NCBI RefSeq assembly: GCF_000016745.1
Contig: NC_009483.1
Span: 2,700,001 to 2,732,000, forward strand
Reading direction: 5' to 3'
DNA length: 32,000 bases
Source of the DNA: Geotalea uraniireducens Rf4
GTDB taxonomy: Bacteria > Desulfobacterota > Desulfuromonadia > Geobacterales > Geobacteraceae
Shown here: positions 23,721-31,099 of the stretch, one piece after another
Layout of the letters: every line of letters starts with the position of its first letter
Position numbering within the stretch: position 1 is the first letter of the stretch
Notes under the pieces: generated by a model
Database searches by the model: none
What the model was told of the DNA's origin: nothing
The model's input: only the letters and a program-made list of their open reading frames with translations
Translations under genes and position numbers: made by a program

Positions 23721-24742
23721 TCACTCCCGAAGCCACGGCAGCCGTCACCGGAAATGTCGGAAGAACCTTTTTTTACCGAGGCCATTCCTGAAAGTGCATA
23801 AATAAGCGCCCATGAAGCCAGATGTGAAGAAAAACCATGGGGGTCCTGATTTGGATAAACTTCAACATAATCGAGGCCTGCTATGCCGGATGCTCCGATC
23901 CTCTGCAGGGAAGGAAGCAGTTCGTGAGGCATCAGGCCGTTGAAATCGGCCGGTCCCCCCGGATTGAAGCCCGCATCTATGCAATCGCTGCATATGGTAA
24001 CGAGGACATATTTCGTATCCTGATGAGCAATGTCGATCGCCTCGCTGATAACGTCATCGATACCGCGCTTTCTGATTTCATTGATGGCAAAAATTCTTGC
24101 CCCCATGCTTTGGGCATACGCAAACTGTGAAGACGAGTTTCTCGGCCCCCTGATCCCTATATGTACTATGCTCCTGGTTCTTACCTTTTCAATTTGGGCA
24201 ATCCTGTGAATCGGACCGCACCGCGGGAATTTATCTCCACCAAAAGCCCTTGAATTATCTAAGTGAGCGTCAAAGTGGATCACGCCGATATTCCCGTCGA
24301 TATTGTCGCTCAAGGCCCTGATTATCTCGGGGGTGAAGGAATGATCGCCACCCAGTACGAAAGGAATACTATGGTTTTCATATACTTTCCCCATCGTCTC
24401 ATACACGTTTTTCATGGTGGCCAGTTCATCGTTCGGATTTACCGGAACATCCCCGATGTCCCCTATTTTCAGATAATCGAAAAGATCCAGTTCATATTCC
24501 GGCAAAAATCCCCCATATCGTGCAGAAGCATGCCTTATCGTTTTCGGAGACAGTTCACAACCGCTGAAGGTGCCCCACGTCACCGTTCCTTCCCAAGGCA
24601 CACCGGCAACTATGACGTCATACCCATTTACAAGCGCTTTCGAATCGAGCACCGTCGTTCCCAGAAATGAGGGAGTATCCCCGTACACCTTCGGCAGGGA
24701 AGCCTTTCTGTCAGCTACCATAGGAATATCTTTGGGTGTCAT
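23717..24742 (-). CDS. Arginase/agmatinase/formiminoglutamase-family ureohydrolase
   Basis: 341-aa ORF. Family motifs GGDHSFT, IHFDAHLDN, ICSDCIDAGFNPGG and GLDYVEVYPNQD. The N-terminus TPSFLGT...DVIVAGVPWEGTVTWGTFSGCELSPKTIRHAS is agmatinase-like. AGGAGG lies 5 nt upstream of the ATG. Confidence 0.85.
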   Translation of the reverse strand: MTPKDIPMVADRKASLPKVYGDTPSFLGTTVLDSKALVNGYDVIVAGVPWEGTVTWGTFSGCELSPKTIRHASARYGGFLPEYELDLFDYLKIGDIGDVPVNPNDELATMKNVYETMGKVYENHSIPFVLGGDHSFTPEIIRALSDNIDGNIGVIHFDAHLDNSRAFGGDKFPRCGPIHRIAQIEKVRTRSIVHIGIRGPRNSSSQFAYAQSMGARIFAINEIRKRGIDDVISEAIDIAHQDTKYVLVTICSDCIDAGFNPGGPADFNGLMPHELLPSLQRIGASGIAGLDYVEVYPNQDPHGFSSHLASWALIYALSGMASVKKGSSDISGDGCRGFGSE

Positions 24743-24747
24743 TATTT

Positions 24748-24753
24748 CCTCCT
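24748..24753 (-). promoter_or_regulatory. Shine-Dalgarno (AGGAGG) for the ureohydrolase gene
   Basis: Plus-strand cctcct at 24748-24753, with a 5-nt spacer to ATG 24742..24740. Confidence 0.6.
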
Positions 24754-24786
24754 TTCGACAATGAGGCCATGGCTTGTACTACAAAC

Positions 24787-25044
24787 TCAAACTGCCTGGT
24801 TCTGCATTTGCTGTTCGACAAGCTTGACCATGCTATTAAGGCATTGAAAGTTCTCGGGGATTATCTCCTCGTCAATTATCTTTATGTCGAAGGTCTTCTC
24901 CATAAAAGCTATCAACTTCATGAGTCCCAGCGAATCGATAATCCCCTGTTCGAGAAGATCTTCATCAGGTTCCAGCGACGTTTTACCAAGACCGACGGCA
25001 ATTTCGGCAAGCAAAACTTTTTCAAGTTCCTCTAAAATCCTCAT
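24787..25044 (-). CDS. Small carrier protein (ACP/PCP, DltC-like)
   Basis: This is the last 85 codons of track ORF 24787..25470: MRILEELEKVLLAEIAVGLGKTSLEPDEDLLEQGIIDSLGLMKLIAFMEKTFDIKIIDEE..., with the phosphopantetheine-attachment DSL motif. GGAGG lies 8 nt upstream of ATG 25044. The upstream part of the track ORF overlaps the GNAT gene out of frame. Confidence 0.85.
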   Translation of the reverse strand: MRILEELEKVLLAEIAVGLGKTSLEPDEDLLEQGIIDSLGLMKLIAFMEKTFDIKIIDEEIIPENFQCLNSMVKLVEQQMQNQAV

Positions 25045-25052
25045 CTGAATAC

Positions 25053-25057
25053 CCTCC
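25053..25057 (-). promoter_or_regulatory. Shine-Dalgarno (GGAGG) for the carrier-protein gene
   Basis: Plus-strand cctcc at 25053-25057, with an 8-nt spacer to ATG 25044..25042. Confidence 0.6.
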
Positions 25058-25078
25058 TCTTTAATCGGATTCGATAAC

Positions 25079-25969
25079 CTACACACCTTCGGGAAATATC
25101 CCGAATGCTTCAATATGTTGGCCGGGACGCCATGCCCCTCGTACCATAAGATTGTCCAGGCAATAGACTTTAAAACCGAATCCCATAAGTGTCTTGACGA
25201 GCAGATAATCCCTGGCCATAACACGCGTTTGACAGTCTCGTTCTTTGAAAACTGCTGATGCATGTTGAAACAGGCACCCCGCTTCCTCTTCTCCTTCGGC
25301 GAGCAAGGGACCAAGCTGCACCGATCCTGAACCGGGAAGACACGCCAGAAATCCACGAATCTGCGATTGATCTCGATAAACAAAAACCTTGCCCCACTTG
25401 ACATAATATGCGAGGTCTTTTCGGCGATCCGACTTGCTTCTTGGACTATCGTACGTATGAACAGCATCAAGATCCTTTGCCGTTAATTCGGTTACATTGC
25501 TGCATGGATCCAACCGCTGCCCCGCTCCTCCATCCAGAAATAAATCCAGCAGGCTTGCCACCGGCAAAAAATTGAACGAATAAAACAAAGAAAAGGATGC
25601 AGGATTGAACGCCTCCTGGATCAGTCTGAGACTTTGCAGGTTTTCCGCTCTTTTTAGAAGAGCATCCATCAACTGACTGCCGATACGATAACCTTGAAAA
25701 TATGGATTAACGACAACAGGCCCAACGCCTCCAAGATTGCCCCTTGGATTCAGGCAACATATTCCCGCAATACGGTTTTCCACCTCGGCAATCAGAAGTT
25801 CATTCGAACCATAGTGCAGCATGGACCAAGCCCAGGACTTTCCCGTCTCTACCCGTTGCATTTTCCGGGCATACCCGTGTTTCGCTGCACCGGCATTGAA
25901 TGATTCGTAAAGAATTTCCCCCACCCGGTCCGTATCAGCTTGAGTCATATTCCGTATTTGGGCTTTCAC
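25079..25969 (-). CDS. GNAT-family N-acyltransferase (two-lobed, 296 aa)
   Basis: The N-terminal lobe has the GNAT motif-A-like VVVNPYFQGYRIGSQLMDALLKRAE. The C-terminal lobe is a second alpha/beta region. The start is GTG 25969, with GGAGG 5 nt upstream. ATG 25948 is an alternative. Confidence 0.75.
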   Translation of the reverse strand: MKAQIRNMTQADTDRVGEILYESFNAGAAKHGYARKMQRVETGKSWAWSMLHYGSNELLIAEVENRIAGICCLNPRGNLGGVGPVVVNPYFQGYRIGSQLMDALLKRAENLQSLRLIQEAFNPASFSLFYSFNFLPVASLLDLFLDGGAGQRLDPCSNVTELTAKDLDAVHTYDSPRSKSDRRKDLAYYVKWGKVFVYRDQSQIRGFLACLPGSGSVQLGPLLAEGEEEAGCLFQHASAVFKERDCQTRVMARDYLLVKTLMGFGFKVYCLDNLMVRGAWRPGQHIEAFGIFPEGV

Positions 25970-25974
25970 CTTAA

Positions 25975-25979
25975 CCTCC
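25975..25979 (-). promoter_or_regulatory. Shine-Dalgarno (GGAGG) for the GNAT gene
   Basis: Plus-strand cctcc at 25975-25979, with a 5-nt spacer to GTG 25969..25967. Confidence 0.55.
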
Positions 25980-26012
25980 CTACGGCCGCAAATTGATTGT
26001 CGTCAGTACTAC

Positions 26013-26741
26013 TTACTTCCCGCTTTCTTGCGACCCGGTGCCCATCCCGGGGTTATGCGATTTCACAGACCACGTCAGCCATGTACTCAGTTCATTACTG
26101 GGTTTAGGCAGTAATTCAGCCGCTCTATTGATGTATACCCCCTTTTCCCGGGTATCCGCAGTTATTGAAACGCCGGCGCCGATTATACATTCTCTGGCAA
26201 CAATGACCCCTCCATCCCTGATGGTCGAGTTAGCCCCGATCAAGCAATACGGCTCTATGGTAGCGGAACCTAAAATAACCGCATGAGGGGCGACGAAACA
26301 GTGGTCCTTGATGACGGAGTGATGCCCGATCAGGCTGCCGGCCCCTATGAATACGTTATTCCCGATCTCGGCAAAAGGACAAATGACACTATTCTCGGCG
26401 ATGTAACAATTATCACCGATGACCAACCCGGGCCAGGTAACGGCCTTCGGATTGACGTAACTTATCAACTCATATCCCTTTGCTTTCGCCTGATCATATT
26501 TTTCCGCCCGTAACCTGTTCAGCTTTCTGTAGCTGATGAGAAGAGACATCTTGTACTCGTTTGGTGGATATATTGATTCGATATTCTCGAAAGGGACAAC
26601 CGGTAGTCCCAAAAGCCTGTCTTCTTTGATGTATGCCCGGTCTACGGTGAACGCAGCAACCTCATACGGGGAACTGTGGGTCAGATAGATGTAATTCATT
26701 TCCGCCTCTTGACCATTGCCAAATATAATTACTCTATCCAT
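26013..26741 (-). CDS. NeuD/PglD-type sugar N/O-acyltransferase (left-handed beta-helix, hexapeptide repeats)
   Basis: 242-aa ORF. N-terminal Rossmann-like VIIFGNGQEAEMNYIYL, then hexapeptide repeats IGDNCYIAENSVICPFAEIGNNVFIGAGSLIGHHSVIKDHCFVAPHAVILGSATIEPYCLIGANSTIRDGGVI. Confidence 0.85.
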   Translation of the reverse strand: MDRVIIFGNGQEAEMNYIYLTHSSPYEVAAFTVDRAYIKEDRLLGLPVVPFENIESIYPPNEYKMSLLISYRKLNRLRAEKYDQAKAKGYELISYVNPKAVTWPGLVIGDNCYIAENSVICPFAEIGNNVFIGAGSLIGHHSVIKDHCFVAPHAVILGSATIEPYCLIGANSTIRDGGVIVARECIIGAGVSITADTREKGVYINRAAELLPKPSNELSTWLTWSVKSHNPGMGTGSQESGK

Positions 26742-26770
26742 GGTAATCCCTTCCTCCGACTGCGAAAGTT

Positions 26771-27703
26771 CTACGCGAACTCTCCTTTTCGATAGGCCGG
26801 AAAATAATCGGTAGTTGTCATACCCTTGGCTTTTACGATCTGCGCATATCGTTCAGGGTCGAAGATCCGGCCGCAAAAATAGGCAGTCCGTGTCCCGGTT
26901 GACCAGCCGCGCTTGAATCGGGTCAGGCCATCAGTACCATCGCCACCGATGCCGGCGCCGGCCCCGAGTTCCAGCCACCGCAGACCGTTGTCGGCAAAAT
27001 ACTTCAAGGCGAAAGAGAACAGTGCAAACGATGCATGCAATTCGAGTCCACGGGGACTGGTGCTGCCCAAATGGTAATAAGCCACATCGCCATGCACATA
27101 CCACAACAGCATCCCAAGGGTCTTATCATCAGATACCGCCCGGAACATTACCAACCCGGGCACGGACAACTGTTTGGCGAATGATTCTTTTGAGAATGCC
27201 GTTATCCCTTTGATACCGTGTCTCAGAATCAATTCCTGATAAAGCGCTGCCCATTCATCTATAAAGTCGATTGGCTCCTCGCACAGCTCTACGGTTACAT
27301 GTTGAAGGCTTTTTCGTATATACCGTCGATGATGTTCTGATACATGGTTATCCGTCTGCTGATTGAGATCGACTACGAAATGCTCCTTAAACGGAACGAC
27401 ATGCTCAAAGCATCGATTCAAATAGTCTCTGTCATACTCACCAAAGGGGTCTGTCACCAGCGCCAGACTTACCAGCTCGATTTCGAGAGTTTCCAGATCC
27501 GAATGAAGCTGATACCAATCCTGACAGACAAACAGAGGGTAACAGCACATTGCATCGCGGTCGGTTAAACCCGGTATGGGGCGCTCCAACACCCACCCCT
27601 TGCATCGAAGGAGTTCTCGTGGTGTGCCGAATTCCGACAACGATTCTGCGTAGCAGGGATGCATGTATCCGGTCACTCTCTCAACTCCCCTCGCAATAGT
27701 CAT
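26771..27703 (-). CDS. FemAB-like / Acetyltransf_6-type GNAT-fold acyl(aminoacyl)transferase
   Basis: 310-aa ORF. C-terminal region VMFRAVSDDKTLGMLLWYVHGDVAYYHLGSTSPRGLELHASFALFSFALKYFADNGLRWLELGAGAG...GLTRFKRGWSTG, the pattern of FemAB/CelD-like acyltransferases. The family call is by eye only. Confidence 0.6.
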   Translation of the reverse strand: MTIARGVERVTGYMHPCYAESLSEFGTPRELLRCKGWVLERPIPGLTDRDAMCCYPLFVCQDWYQLHSDLETLEIELVSLALVTDPFGEYDRDYLNRCFEHVVPFKEHFVVDLNQQTDNHVSEHHRRYIRKSLQHVTVELCEEPIDFIDEWAALYQELILRHGIKGITAFSKESFAKQLSVPGLVMFRAVSDDKTLGMLLWYVHGDVAYYHLGSTSPRGLELHASFALFSFALKYFADNGLRWLELGAGAGIGGDGTDGLTRFKRGWSTGTRTAYFCGRIFDPERYAQIVKAKGMTTTDYFPAYRKGEFA

Positions 27704-27733
27704 AAGCTATCCAATGCGATTACGACGATGCTT

Positions 27734-28999
27734 TTAATCGCTGAATCCACCAAGGTATTCCATTTTCCATTCCAGCACGGGTTGCACAACGCCCGGCTCT
27801 TTGCCGTACCAGACGCCCTGTCTTTCTCTCACATCGAATATGTCGAACGACACCCGGCTTTCATGGCTGTAGATGACGGAGCTTCCATCTTTTACAACCA
27901 GCACGACAAACCGGTGTGAACCGCTATTCAGCAAGTCGCCGGGGAAATAGCATACGTTGCGATACAAACCGGTTGCCAAGGGACGATTGTTCAGGTTGCA
28001 CGTAGTAAACGCAATGATCCCTTCTGCGGTATAAAGGTGCAGGGTTGTATGCAAATGCGTATCGGCTGCCAGATTCCAGTATTCCACTTCCACCTGAAAC
28101 GGCGTCTGCATCGTCAGGGGGTCCGACAGGCAGCCGTCCTGACGCCGCAATCGCACCCGGTGGAGCCGCACCATATCGTTACCGGGTGCATCATTTACGT
28201 CATTCCAAACCTCTTCGGACAAATCCATGCCCTTCACTGATGTTGCCAGATACCTTGTCACAATCTGTGCAGTTGGTCCGTCTTCGACGATCTTGCCGCC
28301 GTTCACCCATATCACCCGCTTGCACAGGCTATTTACGGCAGTCATATTGTGACTTATCAATAGCACCGTCCGCCCGTCCCTTGCGGCATCACCTATCTTA
28401 TCCAGACACTTTTTCTGGAAAGCGGCGTCACCTACTGACAGGACTTCATCCACCAGGAGGATCTCCGGCTCAAGATGAGCAGCCACAGCGAAGCCCAAGC
28501 GCACATACATGCCACTGGAGTAACGCTTCACGGGCATGTCGAGAAACTCACCGACCTCGGCAAACTCGACTATTGCGTCGAAACGGCGGCGAATTTCCTC
28601 CTTCTTCATACCTATGATGGCGCCGTTAAGGTAAATATTTTCCCTGCCGGTCAGTTCAGGGTGGAAGCCGGTGCCCACTTCCAGCAGGGAACCGACTCGT
28701 CCGAAAATCTCGGCCCGGCCGTCAGTAGGCACCGTAATCCGGGAAATTACTTTTAATAGCGTGCTTTTTCCGGCTCCATTCTGCCCGATGATACCGACAA
28801 TCTCACCCTGCCTGACCTCAAAGGAAACATCTTTCAAAGCCCAGAATGTTCTCTCAGCCAGATGGGATCGACCCTTGCGGAGAAAGACAGACTTCAGGCC
28901 ATCAGCAAGCTGATCACATAGGGTATCGTAACGATATTTCGCCGTTGCGATATTGTATCGTTTGGACAGGTTTTCGGCTCGAATCGTAATATCGCTCAT
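27734..28999 (-). CDS. wzt: ABC transporter ATP-binding protein, polysaccharide export (Wzt/TagH type) with C-terminal extension
   Basis: 421-aa ORF. Walker A GIIGQNGAGKSTLLK, signature YSSGMYVRLGFA, Walker B ILLVDEVLSVGD and H-loop LLISHN. About 170 further residues follow the NBD and are rich in beta-strand pattern (Wzt_C-like). Confidence 0.9.
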   Translation of the reverse strand: MSDITIRAENLSKRYNIATAKYRYDTLCDQLADGLKSVFLRKGRSHLAERTFWALKDVSFEVRQGEIVGIIGQNGAGKSTLLKVISRITVPTDGRAEIFGRVGSLLEVGTGFHPELTGRENIYLNGAIIGMKKEEIRRRFDAIVEFAEVGEFLDMPVKRYSSGMYVRLGFAVAAHLEPEILLVDEVLSVGDAAFQKKCLDKIGDAARDGRTVLLISHNMTAVNSLCKRVIWVNGGKIVEDGPTAQIVTRYLATSVKGMDLSEEVWNDVNDAPGNDMVRLHRVRLRRQDGCLSDPLTMQTPFQVEVEYWNLAADTHLHTTLHLYTAEGIIAFTTCNLNNRPLATGLYRNVCYFPGDLLNSGSHRFVVLVVKDGSSVIYSHESRVSFDIFDVRERQGVWYGKEPGVVQPVLEWKMEYLGGFSD

Positions 29000-29060
29000 A
29001 AAGTATTCCCGGAACAGCTGCGCCTTTCAGGGCAGAAACTAAGGGACTTGGTAATTATCA

Positions 29061-29165
29061 ATATACCACGTAGGGGCGACAGCACGGCTTCATCGTGCTT
29101 CGCCCTTGTTCGCAACGCCAACAAAGGCGGGCGAAGCTTCGCCCCTACAATCAAAAACGGTATAT
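29061..29165. repeat. Nested palindromic REP/MITE-like element, copy C (related core, different arms)
   Basis: - Outer arms atatacc...ggtatat, with gtaggggcga (29070-29079) paired to tcgcccctac (29139-29148).
- Inner hairpins ggggcgacagcacg-gcttcat-cgtgcttcgccc and ttgtt-cgcaacgcc-aacaa.
- A perfect 16-bp palindrome gggcgaagcttcgccc.
- It shares the gtaggggc/gcccctac bracket with copy A. Confidence 0.6.
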
Positions 29166-29182
29166 CAGGAAATTCTATGTCC

Positions 29183-30043
29183 CTAAATAACATCAGCAAA
29201 AGTCTGCTCCATCCGTTTAAAGTAAACAATTCCACCTGCCAATAACGCCAATACGACGGATGAGCTCACTGCCATCAACATAAAATCCGGGCTTTCCTTT
29301 CCCAGGAGAGCCCAACGAAAACCTTCTATCACCCCGACCATCGGGTTCAGACTGTAGAGCAGTCTCCACTTCACCGGAACCATGCTTACAGGGTATGCTA
29401 CAGGTGATGCGTACATCCAGACCTGGCTTAAGAACAGGATAATATTGCCCACATCCCGATATCTCACGTTAAGTGCAGAGGTCCAAAGTCCCACGGCCAG
29501 AGCTGTCATTATTGCAAGGCCCAGAAAAAGAGGCAGAGCCAACAGACCCCACGTGGGCGCAATGTTGAACCAAGCCATCAGAACCAGGAGAACCAGGAAC
29601 GAGAAGAATAAATCGACCACGGGTGAAACCGAAGCGGCCAGGGGAATCAATAATCGAGGGAAATATATTTTCGTAACCAGGTTGGAGCTGTTGACAACGC
29701 TGCTTGAGCTCTTTGCCAAAGCTTGAGAAAAGTATGACCATGGAAGCAAAGCGCTGAAAGCGAAAACAGGATATGGTATCCCATCCGAGGGAATCTTGGC
29801 GAAGTTGCCGAAAATCAGGGTAAATATCAACATGGTGATCAGAGGCTGCAAGATCACCCAAGCGGCTCCAAGCGCCGTCTGCTTATAACGTACTATCACA
29901 TCCCGCCAAACCAGGAAGTAAAGCATTTCACGATATTGCCAGACACTTGTCAGATCAAGCTGAAACAGTCCCTTGCGAGGCTGGATTACCACTGAAGGCT
30001 TTCTTGATGTATTTCCTGCCGCTAAGTCCATATTGCGCACCAT
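29183..30043 (-). CDS. wzm: ABC-2 type transporter permease, polysaccharide export (Wzm/TagG type)
   Basis: 286-aa ORF with six predicted TM helices. The N-terminus WQYREMLYFLVWRDVIVRYKQTALGAAWVILQPLITMLIFTLIFG and the segment NLVTKIYFPRLLIP are hallmark ABC-2 strings. ATG 30031 is an alternative start. Confidence 0.85.
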   Translation of the reverse strand: MVRNMDLAAGNTSRKPSVVIQPRKGLFQLDLTSVWQYREMLYFLVWRDVIVRYKQTALGAAWVILQPLITMLIFTLIFGNFAKIPSDGIPYPVFAFSALLPWSYFSQALAKSSSSVVNSSNLVTKIYFPRLLIPLAASVSPVVDLFFSFLVLLVLMAWFNIAPTWGLLALPLFLGLAIMTALAVGLWTSALNVRYRDVGNIILFLSQVWMYASPVAYPVSMVPVKWRLLYSLNPMVGVIEGFRWALLGKESPDFMLMAVSSSVVLALLAGGIVYFKRMEQTFADVI

Positions 30044-30170
30044 TTATTCGATGGAATCCCATATTGGACAGCAATTGGATTTCAACTTCATACGCGTTCA
30101 CTCTGCCGGACGAAATCGATTCGGCCAAATTCATCGGTTTCACGTATCGTTCATCGAGTCGTTTCTGCCC

Positions 30171-31052
30171 TTACATTGACAATTCATCTGATGTTCTTTC
30201 AATTCTGTTGCCGCTCAAGTTCCATACGTCCTGGATGGCATGGAATTTCAGGCTGTTTAATAGATATTTGATTTTCGATTCCATCTTATCCAGATTCAGA
30301 TAATGTCTGAAACGAGATTTTAATCCGGCACGAATGCGGGGCTGGTCCGGATCGATTTCCCATGGATGGAAATAGACTACTGTCGGCTGACTTTCGCAGG
30401 TATTGATATAGTTTATGGCTCGCCCTACCAGTGGAGCAGGGAAAAGTCTCAGGTATCCGCCGCCGGCAATCGGCAGCCGATATTGCCACCATCCTATCCG
30501 CAGGGGAAAGGTGGAGATTGGGAATTCTTTTATTTTCCCCGCCCGAGTCTCGATTTCATGGGGGAATCGTTCCCCCCCCGGAATCCCGTATATGTCATGG
30601 ACAATGGGAAAGATGCTGGAATCATAAGTAAAACCTTCCTCGACCAGAATATCGAGTGCCCATAACGACTTTCCGGTAATGGAATAGCTCGGAGCACGGT
30701 AGCCGCAGACCGGAACACCGGTAATATCTTCGAGGAGCCCCTTAGCCCTGCGAACGTCCTTGCGAAACCTCTCAGGGCCGATAGCGTATACCAGCTCATG
30801 GCAATAACCGTGGCAGGCGATCTCGTGCCCCCGTTGCATGATTTCCCGTACCAATCCAGGAACACGCTGCGCTACCCAGCCAAGAACGAAAAAGGTGGCC
30901 TTCACTGAAAATTCTTCCAGCAGGTCAAGAATCCGATGGGTATTTGCCACCACCCGCAGGGGAAAGCAGTCCCAATCCTCGATTTTCACGTAACGTTCAA
31001 ATGCCGTCACATGAAAGTAATCTTCGACATCAATGGTAAGGGCGTTGTACAT
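30171..31052 (-). CDS. Polysaccharide deacetylase, PEP-CTERM/exosortase-locus subfamily
   Basis: 293-aa ORF. MYNALTIDVEDYFHVTAFERYV...ATFFVLGWVAQRVPGLVREIMQRGHEIACHGYCHELVY...YRAPSYSI...GGGYLRLFP. This matches the family I remember as TIGR03006. Confidence 0.85.
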   Translation of the reverse strand: MYNALTIDVEDYFHVTAFERYVKIEDWDCFPLRVVANTHRILDLLEEFSVKATFFVLGWVAQRVPGLVREIMQRGHEIACHGYCHELVYAIGPERFRKDVRRAKGLLEDITGVPVCGYRAPSYSITGKSLWALDILVEEGFTYDSSIFPIVHDIYGIPGGERFPHEIETRAGKIKEFPISTFPLRIGWWQYRLPIAGGGYLRLFPAPLVGRAINYINTCESQPTVVYFHPWEIDPDQPRIRAGLKSRFRHYLNLDKMESKIKYLLNSLKFHAIQDVWNLSGNRIERTSDELSM

Positions 31053-31099
31053 GAAGACCCCGGATTTCGAGTACGAATATCAACCAGTATCCCATTTTG

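Noticed and set aside
20733-25044. Reading the adenylation enzyme plus carrier protein as a dlt (D-alanylation) operon, or the triad as a prolyl-to-pyrrole pathway.
   Set aside because: No DltB (MBOAT) or DltD gene is present, so this is not a teichoic-acid D-alanylation operon. The by-eye specificity code (D-L-F-N-H-S-I-S-S-K) does not resemble the proline or D-alanine codes I remember. Only the general logic of loading a substrate on a carrier and then oxidising it is retained.
25045-25470. Upstream 142 codons of the 227-aa track ORF 24787..25470.
   Set aside because: This part overlaps the GNAT gene out of frame and has no motifs. The carrier-protein domain starts at an internal ATG (25044) with a GGAGG Shine-Dalgarno sequence.
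28996-29235. 79-aa minus-strand ORF across the wzm-wzt spacer.
   Set aside because: Its central sequence (IVGAKLRPPLLALRTRAKHDEAVLSPLRG) is a read-through of palindromic element copy C. The ORF also overlaps the end of the permease gene.
29955-30143. 62-aa minus-strand ORF upstream of and overlapping the permease start.
   Set aside because: It overlaps the wzm 5' end out of frame. It has no Shine-Dalgarno sequence and no motif, so it is most likely spurious.
30044-30170. Possible sigma-54 (GG-N10-GC) or other promoter in the deacetylase-wzm spacer, and in the spacer at 4780-4825.
   Set aside because: The nearest candidates (tggccgaatcgatttcg on the transcribed strand; tggcagtgctgttca on the wrong strand) fail the GG-N10-GC spacing or the orientation. 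I could not support any promoter call by eye.
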